From: Octopus vulgaris
Lineage: Eukaryota
DNA length: 64,000 bases
Direction of reading: 5' to 3'
Assembly: GCA_951406725.2 (NCBI GenBank)
Contig: OX597814.1
Coordinates: forward strand, 145,948,001 to 146,012,000
Shown here: positions 51,738 to 64,000 of the stretch, piece by piece
Position numbering within the stretch: position 1 is the stretch's first letter
How the letters are laid out: every line of letters starts with the position of its first letter
The notes under the pieces: generated by a model
What the model saw: the letters and a program-made list of their open reading frames with translations, nothing else
What the model was told of the DNA's origin: nothing
The model's database searches: none
Program-made: the position numbers and the translations under genes

Positions 51738-52819
51738 GGATCTGTTCAGTTTGGCTCACAGATATTTTACAGAATTTTTTTTTACTAAACAGTTTGCAAC
51801 TTTGTATACTGATGGAATGTTTCACACAGAACACGGTTTACTTTGAAGATTTTGACCAAATATTGTATTTTAGAAGTTACTTCGTGTTAAAGTCATCATA
51901 TTTGGGTAATTTCAACCAATCAACGACGTGTATTCGGTTGAAAAAAGCTACTGCTGTGTGCGATAGTAATCGAAGAAGAACAACTTCCGGGTCATCTATA
52001 CTAAATCCCACCACTGTGTTCTATCTTATTTATTGTTTACTGCCTGTGTTGCATATTACACGCATTTTTTGAGGGGTGGGGTTCTCGCGTCGGAGTAACA
52101 AGTAAACATCGAAAAATCAACACTAAGAAGGGAGAAATATTATTTACACATATTTATTCGTTTGCCCGACTTCCACACATAAAGCGCGCTGGTGTTTAAG
52201 AGACCTATAGAGCTGCGAGTCCGCAGCTAGCTTTTTTGTTGTTGACGTATATACAGTTTCAAAATAACTTATTTTACAACTATGAGATGTGTCGTTATTG
52301 CCATGATTTTATCTTACTATAATCAACAACATATAAATTTCGTCAATATAAAAGTATTTATTAGAATAAAACTAATATTATCAAAACACCAAGGCAAAAC
52401 AAACCAAATAGCGGATTATACACCAGAAAATACGGTAATTGTAGTAGCAGTGAGAAGTTCGCTCGCTGGTTGCCAGTTGATAGTGTAGAAAGGGGGAGGG
52501 AGTAAGAATTGCACGGTACTGACTAGAAAGGAAGAAAGGATAAAGGTGACATCGTCTTCTTCACATTCGAACAGGAGAGGGTGGTGAAATTTAGTAAACA
52601 GCAGTAACTTTCTTCAACTGAATACACGTCGTTGATTGGTCGAAATTACCCAAATACGACAACCATAACACGAAATATCTTCTAAAATACCAAATTTTAT
52701 CAAAAATGTTCAACGTAAACCGTGTTCTATGTAAAACATTCCACCAGTATACAAAGTTTCAAACTGTTTAGTTAAAAAAAGATTGATTAAAAAATCTGTT
52801 AGTCAAACTGAACAGATCT
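51738..52819. mobile_element. Non-autonomous long-TIR DNA transposon (MULE/foldback-like)
   Basis: ~220-bp TIRs (gatctgttcagtttg...gctactgctg, 51739-51956; cagcagtaac...caaactgaacagatc, 52600-52818); 8-bp direct repeat aagaatat at 51730-51737 and 52820-52827. Confidence 0.85.
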
Positions 52820-54414
52820 AAGAATATAACCTCACACTAAAGCACACACATATACACATATATTGGTTTGATTTCATCGCTACATATATTTATATGCTTG
52901 TGTCCCTTTGCATCAGGCTTACAAAATAGGTGGTCGATTCTTTCGACTAAAACTATGCAACGCAGTACCCCAGCATTGCCGTAGACCTATTACTGAAACA
53001 AATATACGGTAACAGATGAAAGGAGTATGTTTCCATATAAGCATATATCATACGATATACGGTTTATCGGGCGTTTATAAGCATGAATGTAAGGTAGAAG
53101 AAAAGTAAACCCAGCAGCCTATTGACTCATGTTGGGAATTGAGTCTCCAATCTATTTCTTTCCGAGCGATCGCAATATCCATTATACGACACAGCATCAT
53201 TGTAGCCACTTAACACCTCATACAGAGGGTAATAATTTGCGACTGTCTTTCAGTCTTAGGTTATAATGAAAGATCTTATAAAATCTATATATAAATTTTA
53301 AGAGTTAATTTATAATTTATCATTTTTTCTTATTCTTTTGTTTTTAATTATAGTCGTCGACATGGAACAACAAATGTAATGCTTCTTTGATGTAAGAATA
53401 TCCCAAGAGGTAAGTCAGTTTAAAGCAGACGTTAATTCATTAAATGTTTTGCTTTCTATTTAGTGAACTGCCAGATATAATATCTTTTAGAATATTAATA
53501 GAAGCCACAAGCAGCAGCATGCAACAGAAGGTAGCAGCTGCAGAATCTACTGGAGATTCAACAATGTCTATTGTTATTATAGTTAAATAATCACATTTTC
53601 TCTCCTAGGAAATACATAAAAAAAGAGCATTTGTACCATTATATTAGATCAATATGAATAGCGAAGTGAATAAATAATTAAAATAATTTTTATTAAAGTC
53701 TAAACATACATCCAGAATACATGCAGAACATAGTGACAAAACGTGCTTCGACATAACTACGTGTAAGACAATATTAAGATCATAAGATAGCTACTAGTTT
53801 CCAGATAAATGTATAGTTGTGTCGTTTTAAACGCCTCATTTTCTGCCATATGGTTGAATGGGTACATAAATCAAAGCATTTTAGATATCCTTTTATTACA
53901 TTCACTTGAATTACTCTCATTATGCAAGACGTTTATTATTATGAGGAATATTAAGCCATTAGTGTATCATATGAGATAGTGATTGTATGTTAGAGTGTAT
54001 GTGCATTCCTTTAGCGGTAAAATAGATGGGTGAGTATGGAGAAATTTTACATTTTTAAAAATTTTAATGCAAACAGATTTATGTAGGACATTTTGTTTAA
54101 TCATTGTTCCTCGAACAATTTGTCTACTGAAGGAATTTTTATATAAATTAGATATATTCTCAGCATAATCTTTTTTTGTTTTCATTAATATTGATGTGAC
54201 ACCATTTAAATAATCATACGGTACATCCAATTTGTTTTAAGGTATAAGGGTGACTGCAATTCTTTGGAATTACTTAACACTATAAGGCTAAACCTGATGT
54301 TTTCGAATTGAAAGAACTGAACGATCGCCTCGAAACAAATTAATATCTTATGAATATAATGTAGCATAAAACAGTGTTACATGCAAAGTATGGCAATAGC
54401 AAGTATATATATAT

Positions 54415-54865
54415 ATATTATATTAAATTAGAGACAAAACCACTATTAGGCAAATCAAACAATGAAAAACTTAAGCCAATACATATGATTAATTAATATT
54501 ATTTAAATATATAACAAAATTATTAAAAAAATATAATTAATATCACGCTACGATCGTTTCATGCCTGCTAACATCTTCAAATATTTAAACCACCTGATGA
54601 ATGACTGCGACTCAAAAATTTGAAGATGTTAGCAGGCATGAAACGATCGTAGAGTGATATTAATTATATTTTTTTAATAATTTTGTTATATATTTAAATA
54701 ATATTAATTAATCATATGTATTGGCTTGAGCTTTTCATTGTTTGATTTGCCTAATAGTGGTTTTGTCTCTAATTTAATATAATATAATATTTTACTATAA
54801 AATTGGATTCAATCCTAAATCTGATTTTTCCCTGTAAGTTTGGATTTATTCCCTAATATTTATTA
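54415..54865 (+). mobile_element. Miniature relative of the 39-48 kb PLE: inverted pLTR, hammerhead and tail
   Basis: Near-perfect ~168-bp inverted repeat (54415-54582 vs 54618-54785). Ends ttagagacaaaaccactatt and tail aaattggatt.aatcct.aatctgattttt.cctgtaa.tttggatttattccctaatattt shared with 48361-48470. Flanked by (TA)n. Confidence 0.88.
54591..54656 (+). ncRNA. Type I hammerhead with long stem-II loop
   Basis: cac-CTGATGA-ATGaCTGC...GCAGgCAT-GAAA-CGATCG-TA-gagtg. Intact core and palindromic stem III; stem I poor. Confidence 0.65.
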
Positions 54866-54999
54866 TATATATATATATCCTAACACTAAAATTTTAATTA
54901 TGGTCATGGAGTTACAAAAGGTTTCGTATTCACGACAGCCAAACCCTTGTAGACAACTTGTCAGACTCTATACAAAGACAAAAAATTAAAAGTTTGTAC

Positions 55000-56560
55000 C
55001 AAGAGGAAATGAAGAAGTGATCAGATATGGAAATGTTAGAATTAATGTATAAAAACGTTAATGGATCAGAGGACAAAACAACCCTTACACATCCGAAAAA
55101 GCCCAACTAGCAAACGGGGAAATCCAATTTTCCAGTAGGTAGTACTTGAAGTGAACACATTTAGAGAAAACTTGATCTTTGAGGCTTTTATCACACATGG
55201 CAGTCGTTTTATTTGAGCATTCTCTAAATATCAGTAAGTATTTTCCATGTAGTCCAATTTTGTTGCTACAGTTAACAACTTGCATTTGTGTTAGCCAAAT
55301 TATTTTGTCATTTGATTTGAAATTGTTTCTTTCCACATCCTACATATCTCTCATCGAATAATGTCGTCATCTGGTGATTTAGACATCTAGAATTTTGGAA
55401 TTATTAGTTGTATAAAACAGTTCTTTGGGATGGTACTTTTCGTGATTTTCAGGAATGCGGCCGGGGGCCATCAATCGTTGGTTAAATGCTGTTTATTTCG
55501 TATACGTAATTCAATATATATATTTCCCAGTCTCTATTACTGGATATGTTGATCAAGAGAACTCTGTCGGCATTCATATGGAAGGTCTTTTCGAGTCGAG
55601 ATCGTGTTTGATTATTTTACAAAAATGTTAATGTGATAAAGAATTTATGGCAAGCCGTCTGTCACATCGAAGTCTGAAATCCATAGAGATTGACATTTAG
55701 AGCATGGCTAGTTAAAGGGGCCAGTTAAAGTTTCAATGTAATACGAGATAATTAAATGATATTGGAGATTAGCGAAATTGGATGCCGGTTTAGTTCAAAT
55801 GATTTATTTAAATTGTATATATTGTGATGACTGACCGCCGTAGTAAACTTTCTGGAATGAAAACGGTGTCTAGTGATTCAATCCAGCGATTAGTTAGAAG
55901 AGATGGAAGTTGATGCCGTGCCAGTAAATGTTCAAGTCAAAAATAGGAAACACGTCAGGATCTATTGCAGAGTTACGCGTAACTGCTTAAAGCTCACTTT
56001 TACGAAAATTATATAATGGTTGGTATGTTGGGGGTTGTCCACTTTGGTTCTGACGATGTCAACATTATTAGTCTCATTGAAGACAAAGTAACAGTTTTCA
56101 AGTAGAATAGACTCAATGTCAAATACATTACTTGTGCGGAATATCACTCACTTCCGGCACTGCATCATTGTTTGTTGGTAAATAAGGGGTGTAATTGTGA
56201 TATGATTATTTATTTCGGTAGCCCAGTCTTTTTCTAAGATACGTTGCTGATACGTTTCTTGTTGCTCTGTAAATAATATTTTGCTTCGAGTGTCTTTATG
56301 GCTGTTGATTGTAAGTGTTTCTGAAATATCGTAAATGATTAATATTAGATTAGTTATTCCTTTTGCCTAATTGGATTTTTCACTGTTTTTCCGAGACAGA
56401 TAATTTGCTACGTTTGTTACTTGAAAATCTGTTATCCACTGTATTCTGCAACTTATGCTTAGTCACTGGGCATCTGAAGATGTATACAAAAGACCAGTCA
56501 ACAGATGATTTATCATACTGAGACACTGCCCAGTTAATTTTCTACAGAAAAATGCTGTCC
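55000..56560 (-). mobile_element. Possible ancient MULE-like transposase relic
   Basis: Microsatellite-free stretch with minus-strand traces HFKYYLLENWISPFASWA, SMDF and IYTI that weakly resemble MULE transposase motifs; very decayed. Confidence 0.25.
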
Positions 56561-57074
56561 AATGTGCGTGCTTAGGAGACCTGGTTGTTTTGGTTTTGGG
56601 AAACTGTAAACTAAAATTACGGAGCTGAGGTGTGATGTATTGTGGAAGAATGCTTTGTTAATAATAGATTTAAAAATATATTTGTTTGACTCAAGCATGA
56701 ATTCCAGACAAGGAATATCATCCATAGAAATAAACTGCATTAATAATGATACTTTCTCTGGCTGATGTAGAATTATATGGTTCCAGATTAGGTGTGGGCT
56801 AAACCACATAAGGAAATTTGTACAAGTGGTCCAATATCCATATTTTACTTTTGCGGGGGTATTCAGTTTTCATATTTTATTTTGTGTATTGAGACTATAG
56901 TCGGCAGTAATATTCAAGGTGCTACCAGAGAAATATTGACGATAAAAGGATGATTATACATGAATATCAGGACTGGAAATTTTTAAGGGCCTTTGAACTC
57001 ACTCTCGAATCACGTTAACCTTATTGCTGATTTCCCTCCAGCATCGGTCTATATCTAAAGTTATATAAAAGCAA

Positions 57075-57285
57075 GGCGGTGAGCTGTCAGAAACGTTAGC
57101 CGTATTTCGTCTGCCGTTACGTTCTGAGTTCAAATTCTGCCGAGGTCGACTTTGCCTTTCATCCTTTCGGGGTCGATAAATGAAGTACCAGTTTCGCACT
57201 GGGGTCGATGTAATCGACTTAATCTCTTTGTCTGTCCTTGTTTGTACCCTCTATGTTTAGCCCCTTGTGGGCAATAAAGAAATAT
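57075..57285 (+). mobile_element. SINE family C (Meta-domain-like)
   Basis: ggcggtgagctgtcagaaacgttagc...gagttcaaattc (B-box-like)...gactttgcctttcatcctttcggggtcgataaatgaagtaccag. Confidence 0.85.
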
Positions 57286-58516
57286 ATATTTACAGTTATA
57301 TAAAAGTGTTTCGACAATTTTGAAGTCACCACAATATTACTTGATGGAAGATTATATGGCTCTAGAGTCGATGAACTGGAATTTTCCCATCTTTTAGCAG
57401 GTTGACGCTTTTTTGCACATATCAAATCACAGAATATAGAACCAGTTTCTATTCAGCCATACACACCTTTGGAGACATTCTGGGGTTTGAGATCTTCAGT
57501 AAATATTTGCATTTTCCTATATCAAATTATATATGCTATGTCAATTATGTAAATAATGAACATTAGAGCAAATCATGAGAAAATTCTGTCGATGAGAACA
57601 TGCTAAATTTATTAGGCACTATTGCGCAGTGCATCAATCCCGACGCTCCTCTTACAAAGAAATCCCTCTACATTACAAATGAAATTGTAACACATGCTAC
57701 AAGATGTTACCAAACACAGCTTAAAATATTGATTTCAACACAGAATACTTTCCTTACTTCCCCATAAACGAACGCTCCCTCACTGTCAATGTTTGTATTT
57801 CGTTAAATCGGTAATTGAAAGACAATTCACTCATAAATTTATCACACCAAAATTCTGTTCAGGAAATGGAAATACATTTAATAAGATTCTTCTCTAAAGA
57901 TATTGGCATTTTAAACACATTAGTAATTTAAGTAATGATAACATTACACTTTAACGTACACATGGGAATATTTGTCATTTATGTTATTAACGATTTTAAA
58001 TAGCCAAGCAACGCTCTGCTAAAATTAACTAAATTAATCATAATATTATTAGGCTATTGTGATAGACATTGAAACTAAATTTAATTTTAAGGAGAATTGA
58101 TGTATAAACCTACTCCCATGTTAATCACATATCGAATTTAACACTTCAACAATATTTCCGAATAACGCTACGGTCGAAAAAAAAATACTAAGCTAGAACA
58201 AGTTTTCGGAAACATATTTTCATCATATGCAAAATGATAGCACGTATTTTTTGAGACCGCTTTATACAATCATATATATACATACATAATACATACATAC
58301 ACGCACTCATACACACACACCTACGCACAGAGACACACACATACACGTATATATACTTATACATACAATGATACGCATCCTTGCATTTGTATATGTATAC
58401 ATACGTGCATATATACATATATACATATGTAATTACACACACTTACACACACACATACACACAGACATACACACACACACATACACACAGACATACACAC
58501 ACATACATTTATTTAT

Positions 58517-58556
58517 ATGCTAGCATGGAAAGCGGACGTTAAACGATGATGATGAT
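58517..58556 (+). mobile_element. Extreme 3' end of a LINE with (gat)n tail
   Basis: tgctagcatggaaagcggacgttaaacgatgatgatgat embedded in microsatellite. Confidence 0.45.
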
Positions 58557-58818
58557 ATATATATATATATATACTCATACATATTTGTGTGGCTGTATAT
58601 ATATATGTAAATATACGTAAATGTAAGTATATATATATTCATGCATACAATGACACGTACCTATGCATTTCTTTATGTATACATATATGCATACATACAT
58701 TCATGCATGCATTCATACATACATACGCACATACTGCACGCATACATGCATGCATACACCCATTCATCTATCCATCCATAAATACGTACAAACGTCCATC
58801 CATCCATCTATGCCTGCA

Positions 58819-58849
<31 letters not shown>

Positions 58850-59424
58850 CTATTTACTTTATCTTTTAAGCGATTCAGCCTTGCAGCTGCGGTCATACTG
58901 GTGCCTTTCTAGAGACCTATTCTATGGTTGACCTCTTCTGAATGGGGAGATTTTATATCACCGCTGCTATTTGTTGGTTTTGCAGGTTGCTGGCTAATTT
59001 AGTGTATAAATGAGCTTGACACTTACTGCCCTCGTCTGTACTTCCTACCATGACGTTGGCTTGTCTGGTATTCTGTATAAAAGAATATGAAACCCCTTGA
59101 TGCATATTAAATCATTTTTCCAAAACATCAACGTCAACTTCGTGCAGGCTTTTTAGTTCTTTTGGCAGAACATTGAATAGTTAAAGACCTTTGAACCCTA
59201 AACTAGTACAGTATCCACCGCCCAGTCTTCATTTTAAATGTGATCTACGGTACATTCGGTATTAGGTACTACGTAGTGGCGTGTGTAGGTATCTATAAAT
59301 ATGTGTGTGTATGTATGTAAATATGTATGCATCCATCTACGTATTTATGCATGTATGTATGTGTGTATGTATACATGTATTTATGTATGTATCTACGTAT
59401 GCATGCATGCATGCATGAATGTAT

Positions 59425-59645
59425 GTAGAAGGGCGGATTTATACGTTATTAGTTTTAAGGGTAACGCGAAAAGCCTGGTTAGCAGCCCAACATTCCGATT
59501 TCTTTTACTGCACTTAGAACACTTGAAGGACCCCTGCAATAAGTGTATGAATCTGAGCGAGGAATATACTGAATATAATCATAATTTACTGATACATGCT
59601 GTATTTTCTGTTACGAAAAGCGACGAACCTTTCTGCACCACCTCC

Positions 59646-59648
<3 letters not shown>
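59425..59648 (+). mobile_element. Mariner-derived short remnant
   Basis: DPCNKCMNLSEEYTEY resembles the mariner C-terminal KCxxxxGxYxE motif; TIR-like gaacctttctgcaccacctcc followed by TA. Confidence 0.5.
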
Positions 59649-59679
<31 letters not shown>

Positions 59680-59725
59680 TGTATGTATGTATGTATGTAT
59701 GTATGTATGTATCTGTCTATCTATC

Positions 59726-59802
<77 letters not shown>

Positions 59803-59854
59803 GTCTATCTATCTATCTATCTATCTATCTACCAATCTTTAATTTTTTTTAATC

Positions 59855-60045
59855 TTTTACTTGTTTCAGTTATTATACAGCGGATTTGCCGGGCACCACT
59901 TTGAAGGATTTTAGTCGAAAGCATAGCCCCCACTAATTTTATTTTAATCCTGGTAAATGTTCTATCGTCCATCATGACGAATCGCTTGGTTACGGGGAAG
60001 TAAACACATCAACATTTATTGTCAAACGACGGTGGGGTATAAACA
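59855..60045 (-). mobile_element. SINE family A 3' half, diverged
   Basis: cttttacttgtttcagt...gttacggggaagtaaacacatcaaca..tgtcaa. Confidence 0.6.
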
Positions 60046-60086
60046 CACACACGAAGATACACACGCACGTAAGTACAAACGCACGC

Positions 60087-60117
<31 letters not shown>

Positions 60118-60210
60118 TGTATGTATGTATGTATGTATGTACGTACGTATGTATGTATATATGTATGTATGCATGTATGTTTATATATTATATATATAGA
60201 AAGAGACAAA

Positions 60211-60252
<42 letters not shown>

Positions 60253-60530
60253 CATAAATGAATGAATGAAATAGATGAGTGTACAGATAATAAACTTTTA
60301 CAGCCGTTTCTAATATGAGGCATCGAAATCAGCCAAGTTATGCTCGTCACGTCAGTGATACACAGGGATGAACAAACATTGGACAGGTATTGGGCAATGG
60401 TTGAGCCGCAAGGTTTCTTCAGAGAGTCCAAATGTTAGGTAACTAACATGTGGGAAAGTAAGTTAAAATAATAGTGTAGTGTAAAATAAAATTAAAATAA
60501 TGTTGTAGACATAGTAAGGAATGGTAGTAG

Positions 60531-60910
60531 GAGCACTCAGTCGGTTACGACGATGAGGGTCTCAGCTGATACGATCAACGGAACAGCTTGCTCGTGGAAT
60601 TAACGTGCAAGTGGCTGAGAACTCCACAGACACATGTACCCTTAACGTAGTTCTCGAGGAGATTCAGCGTGACACAGAGAGTGACAAGGCTGGCCCTTTG
60701 AAATACAGGTACAACAGAAACAGAAAGAAAGAGTGAGAGAAAGTTGTGGTGAAAGAGTACAGCAGGGTTCACCATCACCCCTTGCAGGAGCCTTGTGAAG
60801 CTTTAGGTGTTTTCGCTCAATAAACACTCACAATGCCCGGTCTGGAAATCGAAACCGCGATCCTACGACCGCGAGTCCGCTGCCCTAACCACTGGGCCAT
60901 TGCGCCTCCA
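60531..60910 (-). mobile_element. tRNA-derived SINE family B, full length
   Basis: Reverse-complement head ggaggcgcaatggcccagtggttagggcagcggactcgcggtcgtaggatcgcggtttcgattt (A/B-box-like) followed by a ~300-bp body; head repeated at 25774-25928. Confidence 0.85.
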
Positions 60911-61966
60911 CTACAGGAATTGTAAGAACTTTGTTTTAAGGTGTTAATCCATAGTGTTCCATCCTGTATAAGTAAATAAAGTCACTCTCAGGAGTAACTT
61001 CTGAAGTTTGCTGTTTACATCGAGTTTCCATTATACTGGGGGAAATAGCGATGATAGCATGTTATGTGTTGAATTTAATTGTATGGTCTATGTTACAGGG
61101 TCAGATGTTAGAGGCGAACCGCTATTTAAGATATATAGCATTAAATGAAACCTGTTAGGGAAAATTTAATACATAAGTATATCAATGAAAGAAAAATTGG
61201 GTAAAACCTTTGTGCGATGTTATTATTTGTTACTTATTGACCGAAACCTAATTCCAATACCCCTATGTGTGGCGGGGTGAGGCCAAAGTCAATCCTACAA
61301 CCTGATTGGTCAACTAATATTTAGAAACAATGGTGTTGCTGAAGTCCGTTAAGAGTATCAATTTACAAGGTAAATAAAACAACAGAATAACAATAAAAAT
61401 ATAAATAAATATAAATATAAGAATATATTGGATATTTAATATCTCTTAGATGGTTTCTTAAACTATAAATTATATATATATATACGTTATCTTTTATATA
61501 TATATATACGTACATATATACGTTATCTTTTTACGTTTTCTTCCTCTACCTTCTCCTTTTATCTTCTTGACTATCTTTATACACTATATTCTTAGACACT
61601 ATTTTTTTTTTACCATTATCCTTAACCGCAATCCTTAACATCGCACTGAATTCCATCTACCTCTCTCCCTATCTATTTACTTTTCATTCTTTAAACCAAT
61701 TAATAGCCACATCCGCTACCATTCTGTTATTAAAAGTTGATATGTTCGCGTCTTTTTCCTGGATGTTCACAATGTCAGTATTTTAACCCACATGGATTTA
61801 CGCAGGATTGCAACTAAGGTCTTATGGACTCATTTCTACAAGATCGGAAAGTTGATCTGTGAACTCTTATGCTTCTTCCTTCTTTTGCTTCATCTCCTTA
61901 TTTCCTTCAGTCCTGGCCTCTATATCGACATTTCATTAGTCTATACATTTCTCATTTTCCCTATTT

Positions 61967-62022
61967 GTCTCCGATGACGAAATATCCCATTCTCTGGGAT
62001 ATCCCAGAAACAGATGTAAGTC
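61967..62022 (+). ncRNA. Degenerate type I hammerhead (PLE pLTR remnant)
   Basis: gtct-CCGATGA-cgaa ATATCCCA ttctc TGGGATAT ccca-GAAA-cagatg-TA-agtc; downstream of a CT-rich tract and upstream of (TA)n. Confidence 0.5.
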
Positions 62023-62096
62023 TTTGACTTTTTTCCAATAATAATAATATATATGTCTCGAGTTGTCTGTCTTGCCTTAACGCTTGTTGTATATAT

Positions 62097-62600
62097 ATAC
62101 TAGCAGTATCGCCCGGCGTTGCTCGGGTTTGTAAGGGAAATAACTATATAAGCATTTTTAGAGAGTTACTTCCCTTATAGATGCCAATTCGGGCTTTCTT
62201 AGCCATTTCTGTCTTGGTGACTTCAAGCCATGAAGTCGTTGTTCTAAAAGAACGCTGGTCTCCTTGACAACGATTTACGACGTTGAATTCCTTACACTCC
62301 CTTCCTCACAGCTTCACGAGGGAGGGAAGAAAGGGGAGAAGCAAACACAGGTGCAGGTGTTTGAGCGTGGACGCCAACTCCGCCGCCATCGACACACGAA
62401 AAATTATGCATCAAAATGGAATAAAAAATTATGCTAAATTATTTTTAAAATCCTAGACTCATCGTAGACGCACGCTACTAGCCAGACGAGCTCGATATTA
62501 ATCACGACTATAAGATACCCGAATTTGGTTAAACTGCACCGCAAAATGTAGGAGGAGTTAGGAATCTAAATCGAAGGGGACAGACACTCACACAACTACA

Positions 62601-62610
<10 letters not shown>
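62097..62610 (+). mobile_element. Helentron/Helitron2-type non-autonomous element (HINE-like)
   Basis: Starts atACTAGCagtatcgCCCGGC gtt GCTCGGG (subterminal hairpin) and ends ...cagacactcacacaactacagttttatatata; inserted in (TA)n. Confidence 0.7.
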
Positions 62611-62654
<44 letters not shown>

Positions 62655-63004
62655 TAAATAATTATATATATATAGAGAGAGAGAAATAGTTTTATATATA
62701 AATTGGATGTGTATGTAGTAGCTCGCACGTTCATTGCGTACGAATACGTGACGTCATCCAGGGTTTCTCGTATATTCAATTTCCCATTACTATCATTTAC
62801 AGCATAACCGGAGTCAAATGACTGAACCAATTAAGGGAATATATACATGGTATTTGTAAACAAACGCTTGGATTTGGAGCTTCGATTCTGACTGTGGTAA
62901 GCTCATCATTTTTCAGTCATTTGTTCGTGTTTATAAATTGTCACTTCAAATCGGAGAATAAAATATTATGACATATTATTATACAGTTATATATTTATAA
63001 ATAT

Positions 63005-63166
63005 GACGAGCTTCTTTCAGTTTCCGTCTACCAAATCCACTGCCAAGGCTTTGGTCGGCCCGAGGTTATAGTTCAAGACACCTGCCGAAGCTGTTACAGA
63101 GTAGGACTGAACCTGGAACTCAGTGGCTTGGAAGCAAACGTCTCATTACTTACTCATACCTGCGCC
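63005..63166 (-). mobile_element. SINE family A 5' half
   Basis: gacgagcttctttcagtttccgtctaccaaatccac...ggactgaacctggaac...cctgcgcct. Confidence 0.8.
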
Positions 63167-63280
63167 TTATAACAGAGTGGATGTCGACACGATTGGTAAA
63201 ATTGAGTAATATCAGGCTCTAAGCCCCATATTGTTGTCAGGATAATGAATAAACAAAATGAAGAAATTATTACAATTTAA

Positions 63281-63387
63281 AGTAATGGCTATTTGCCAAC
63301 ATAATGTGGATGGGACGATGCTACTGTTATTTTAGTAACATCGCCCCTTTCGGGACAGCAACGTTATGTTGGCAAATAGCTTTTACT
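63281..63387. mobile_element. Kolobok-like MITE (107 bp)
   Basis: TTAA|AGtaatggctatttgccaacataatgt ... acgttatgttggcaaatagcttttaCT|TTAA; inner hairpin gggacgatgctact/agtaacatcgcccc. Confidence 0.65.
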
Positions 63388-63539
63388 TTAAAGAACTGTT
63401 ACTAAATGTCTCACTTTGGGAGATTTAGAAATAATAATATTTCTGTACTAGAATCGAAATATGTGGAAATACGAAAACATATCTGAAGATACACAAAATG
63501 GATAAAAATCCAAAAATAATACTGAAGTGAATATGATTT

Positions 63540-63945
63540 AAACATATGGATTCAGTCTCACCTTGGATAAGTGTCTTCTACTACAGCATCGGGCCGAACA
63601 AAGCTTTGTGAGTTGTTGATTCGATAGACGGAAAGGAAACTGAAAGAAGCTCGTCGTACATACACACACACACATACTTCAACACACACACATATGTATG
63701 TATATATGTATGTATATATATGTGTGCGTGTGTCGCTTTGCTTCTGTGCTTGTCACCCACCTAGGATTGAGAACCTGTGTTGGTGTGTTTACATCACCGT
63801 ACCTTAGCGGTTCGGTAACGAGACCAATAGAATATGTACTAAGCTTTAAAAGTAGATCTTAGTGTCAGTTTGTTCGACAAGAACCCTTGAAGCCGATGTC
63901 CCAGCACGGCTACAGTTAAGTGACTGAAGCAAGTAAAAATAAAAG
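63540..63945 (+). mobile_element. SINE family A, diverged
   Basis: ccttggataagtgtcttctact...ggaaactgaaagaagc, microsatellite, ttagcggttcgg...ccagcacggctacagttaagtgactgaagcaagtaaaa. Confidence 0.8.
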
Positions 63946-64000
63946 ATATAAACAAAAATACATAATAAAAAGGCAGGATTTAGAGATATGTATAATACTC

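Noticed and set aside
53353-53409. Exon-like segment with strong donor gag|gtaagt
   Set aside because: Stop codons in all three frames from the nearest acceptor; cannot be supported as coding.
60835-60910. tRNA-like sequences (also 34910-34985 and 57075-57145)
   Set aside because: Heads of multi-copy SINEs continuing into SINE bodies; no complete cloverleaf.

Overview
AT-rich, microsatellite-dense eukaryotic DNA with no confidently identifiable host gene. The tRNA-derived SINE families point to a coleoid cephalopod such as Octopus (inference). Almost all ORFs in the track are translations of (CA)n, (TA)n, (TATC)n and (TATG)n repeats. The window is a transposon mosaic: four SINE families, RTE, L1/Tx1 and CR1-group LINE remnants, Tc1/mariner remnants, several MITE/foldback elements and a Helentron-type element. 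Its main feature is a dense set of Penelope-like elements (PLEs). The largest is a ~9.4-kb Naiad-type PLE (39044-48470) with a decayed RT + GIY-YIG ORF, 2.3-kb inverted pseudo-LTR arms, a 1.74-kb internal tandem duplication and terminal hammerhead ribozymes. By eye I find about 14 type-I minimal hammerhead motifs, intact to degenerate, in at least 7 different sequence contexts; one clean motif sits in a retrozyme-like direct-repeat unit (16241-16858). An internal inverted arm of the Naiad 3' region differs from its partner mostly by A>G changes, a possible fossil of ADAR editing. A few isolated exon candidates exist, including a signal-peptide exon at 11901-12013. All alignments and folds were done by hand and coordinates are approximate.
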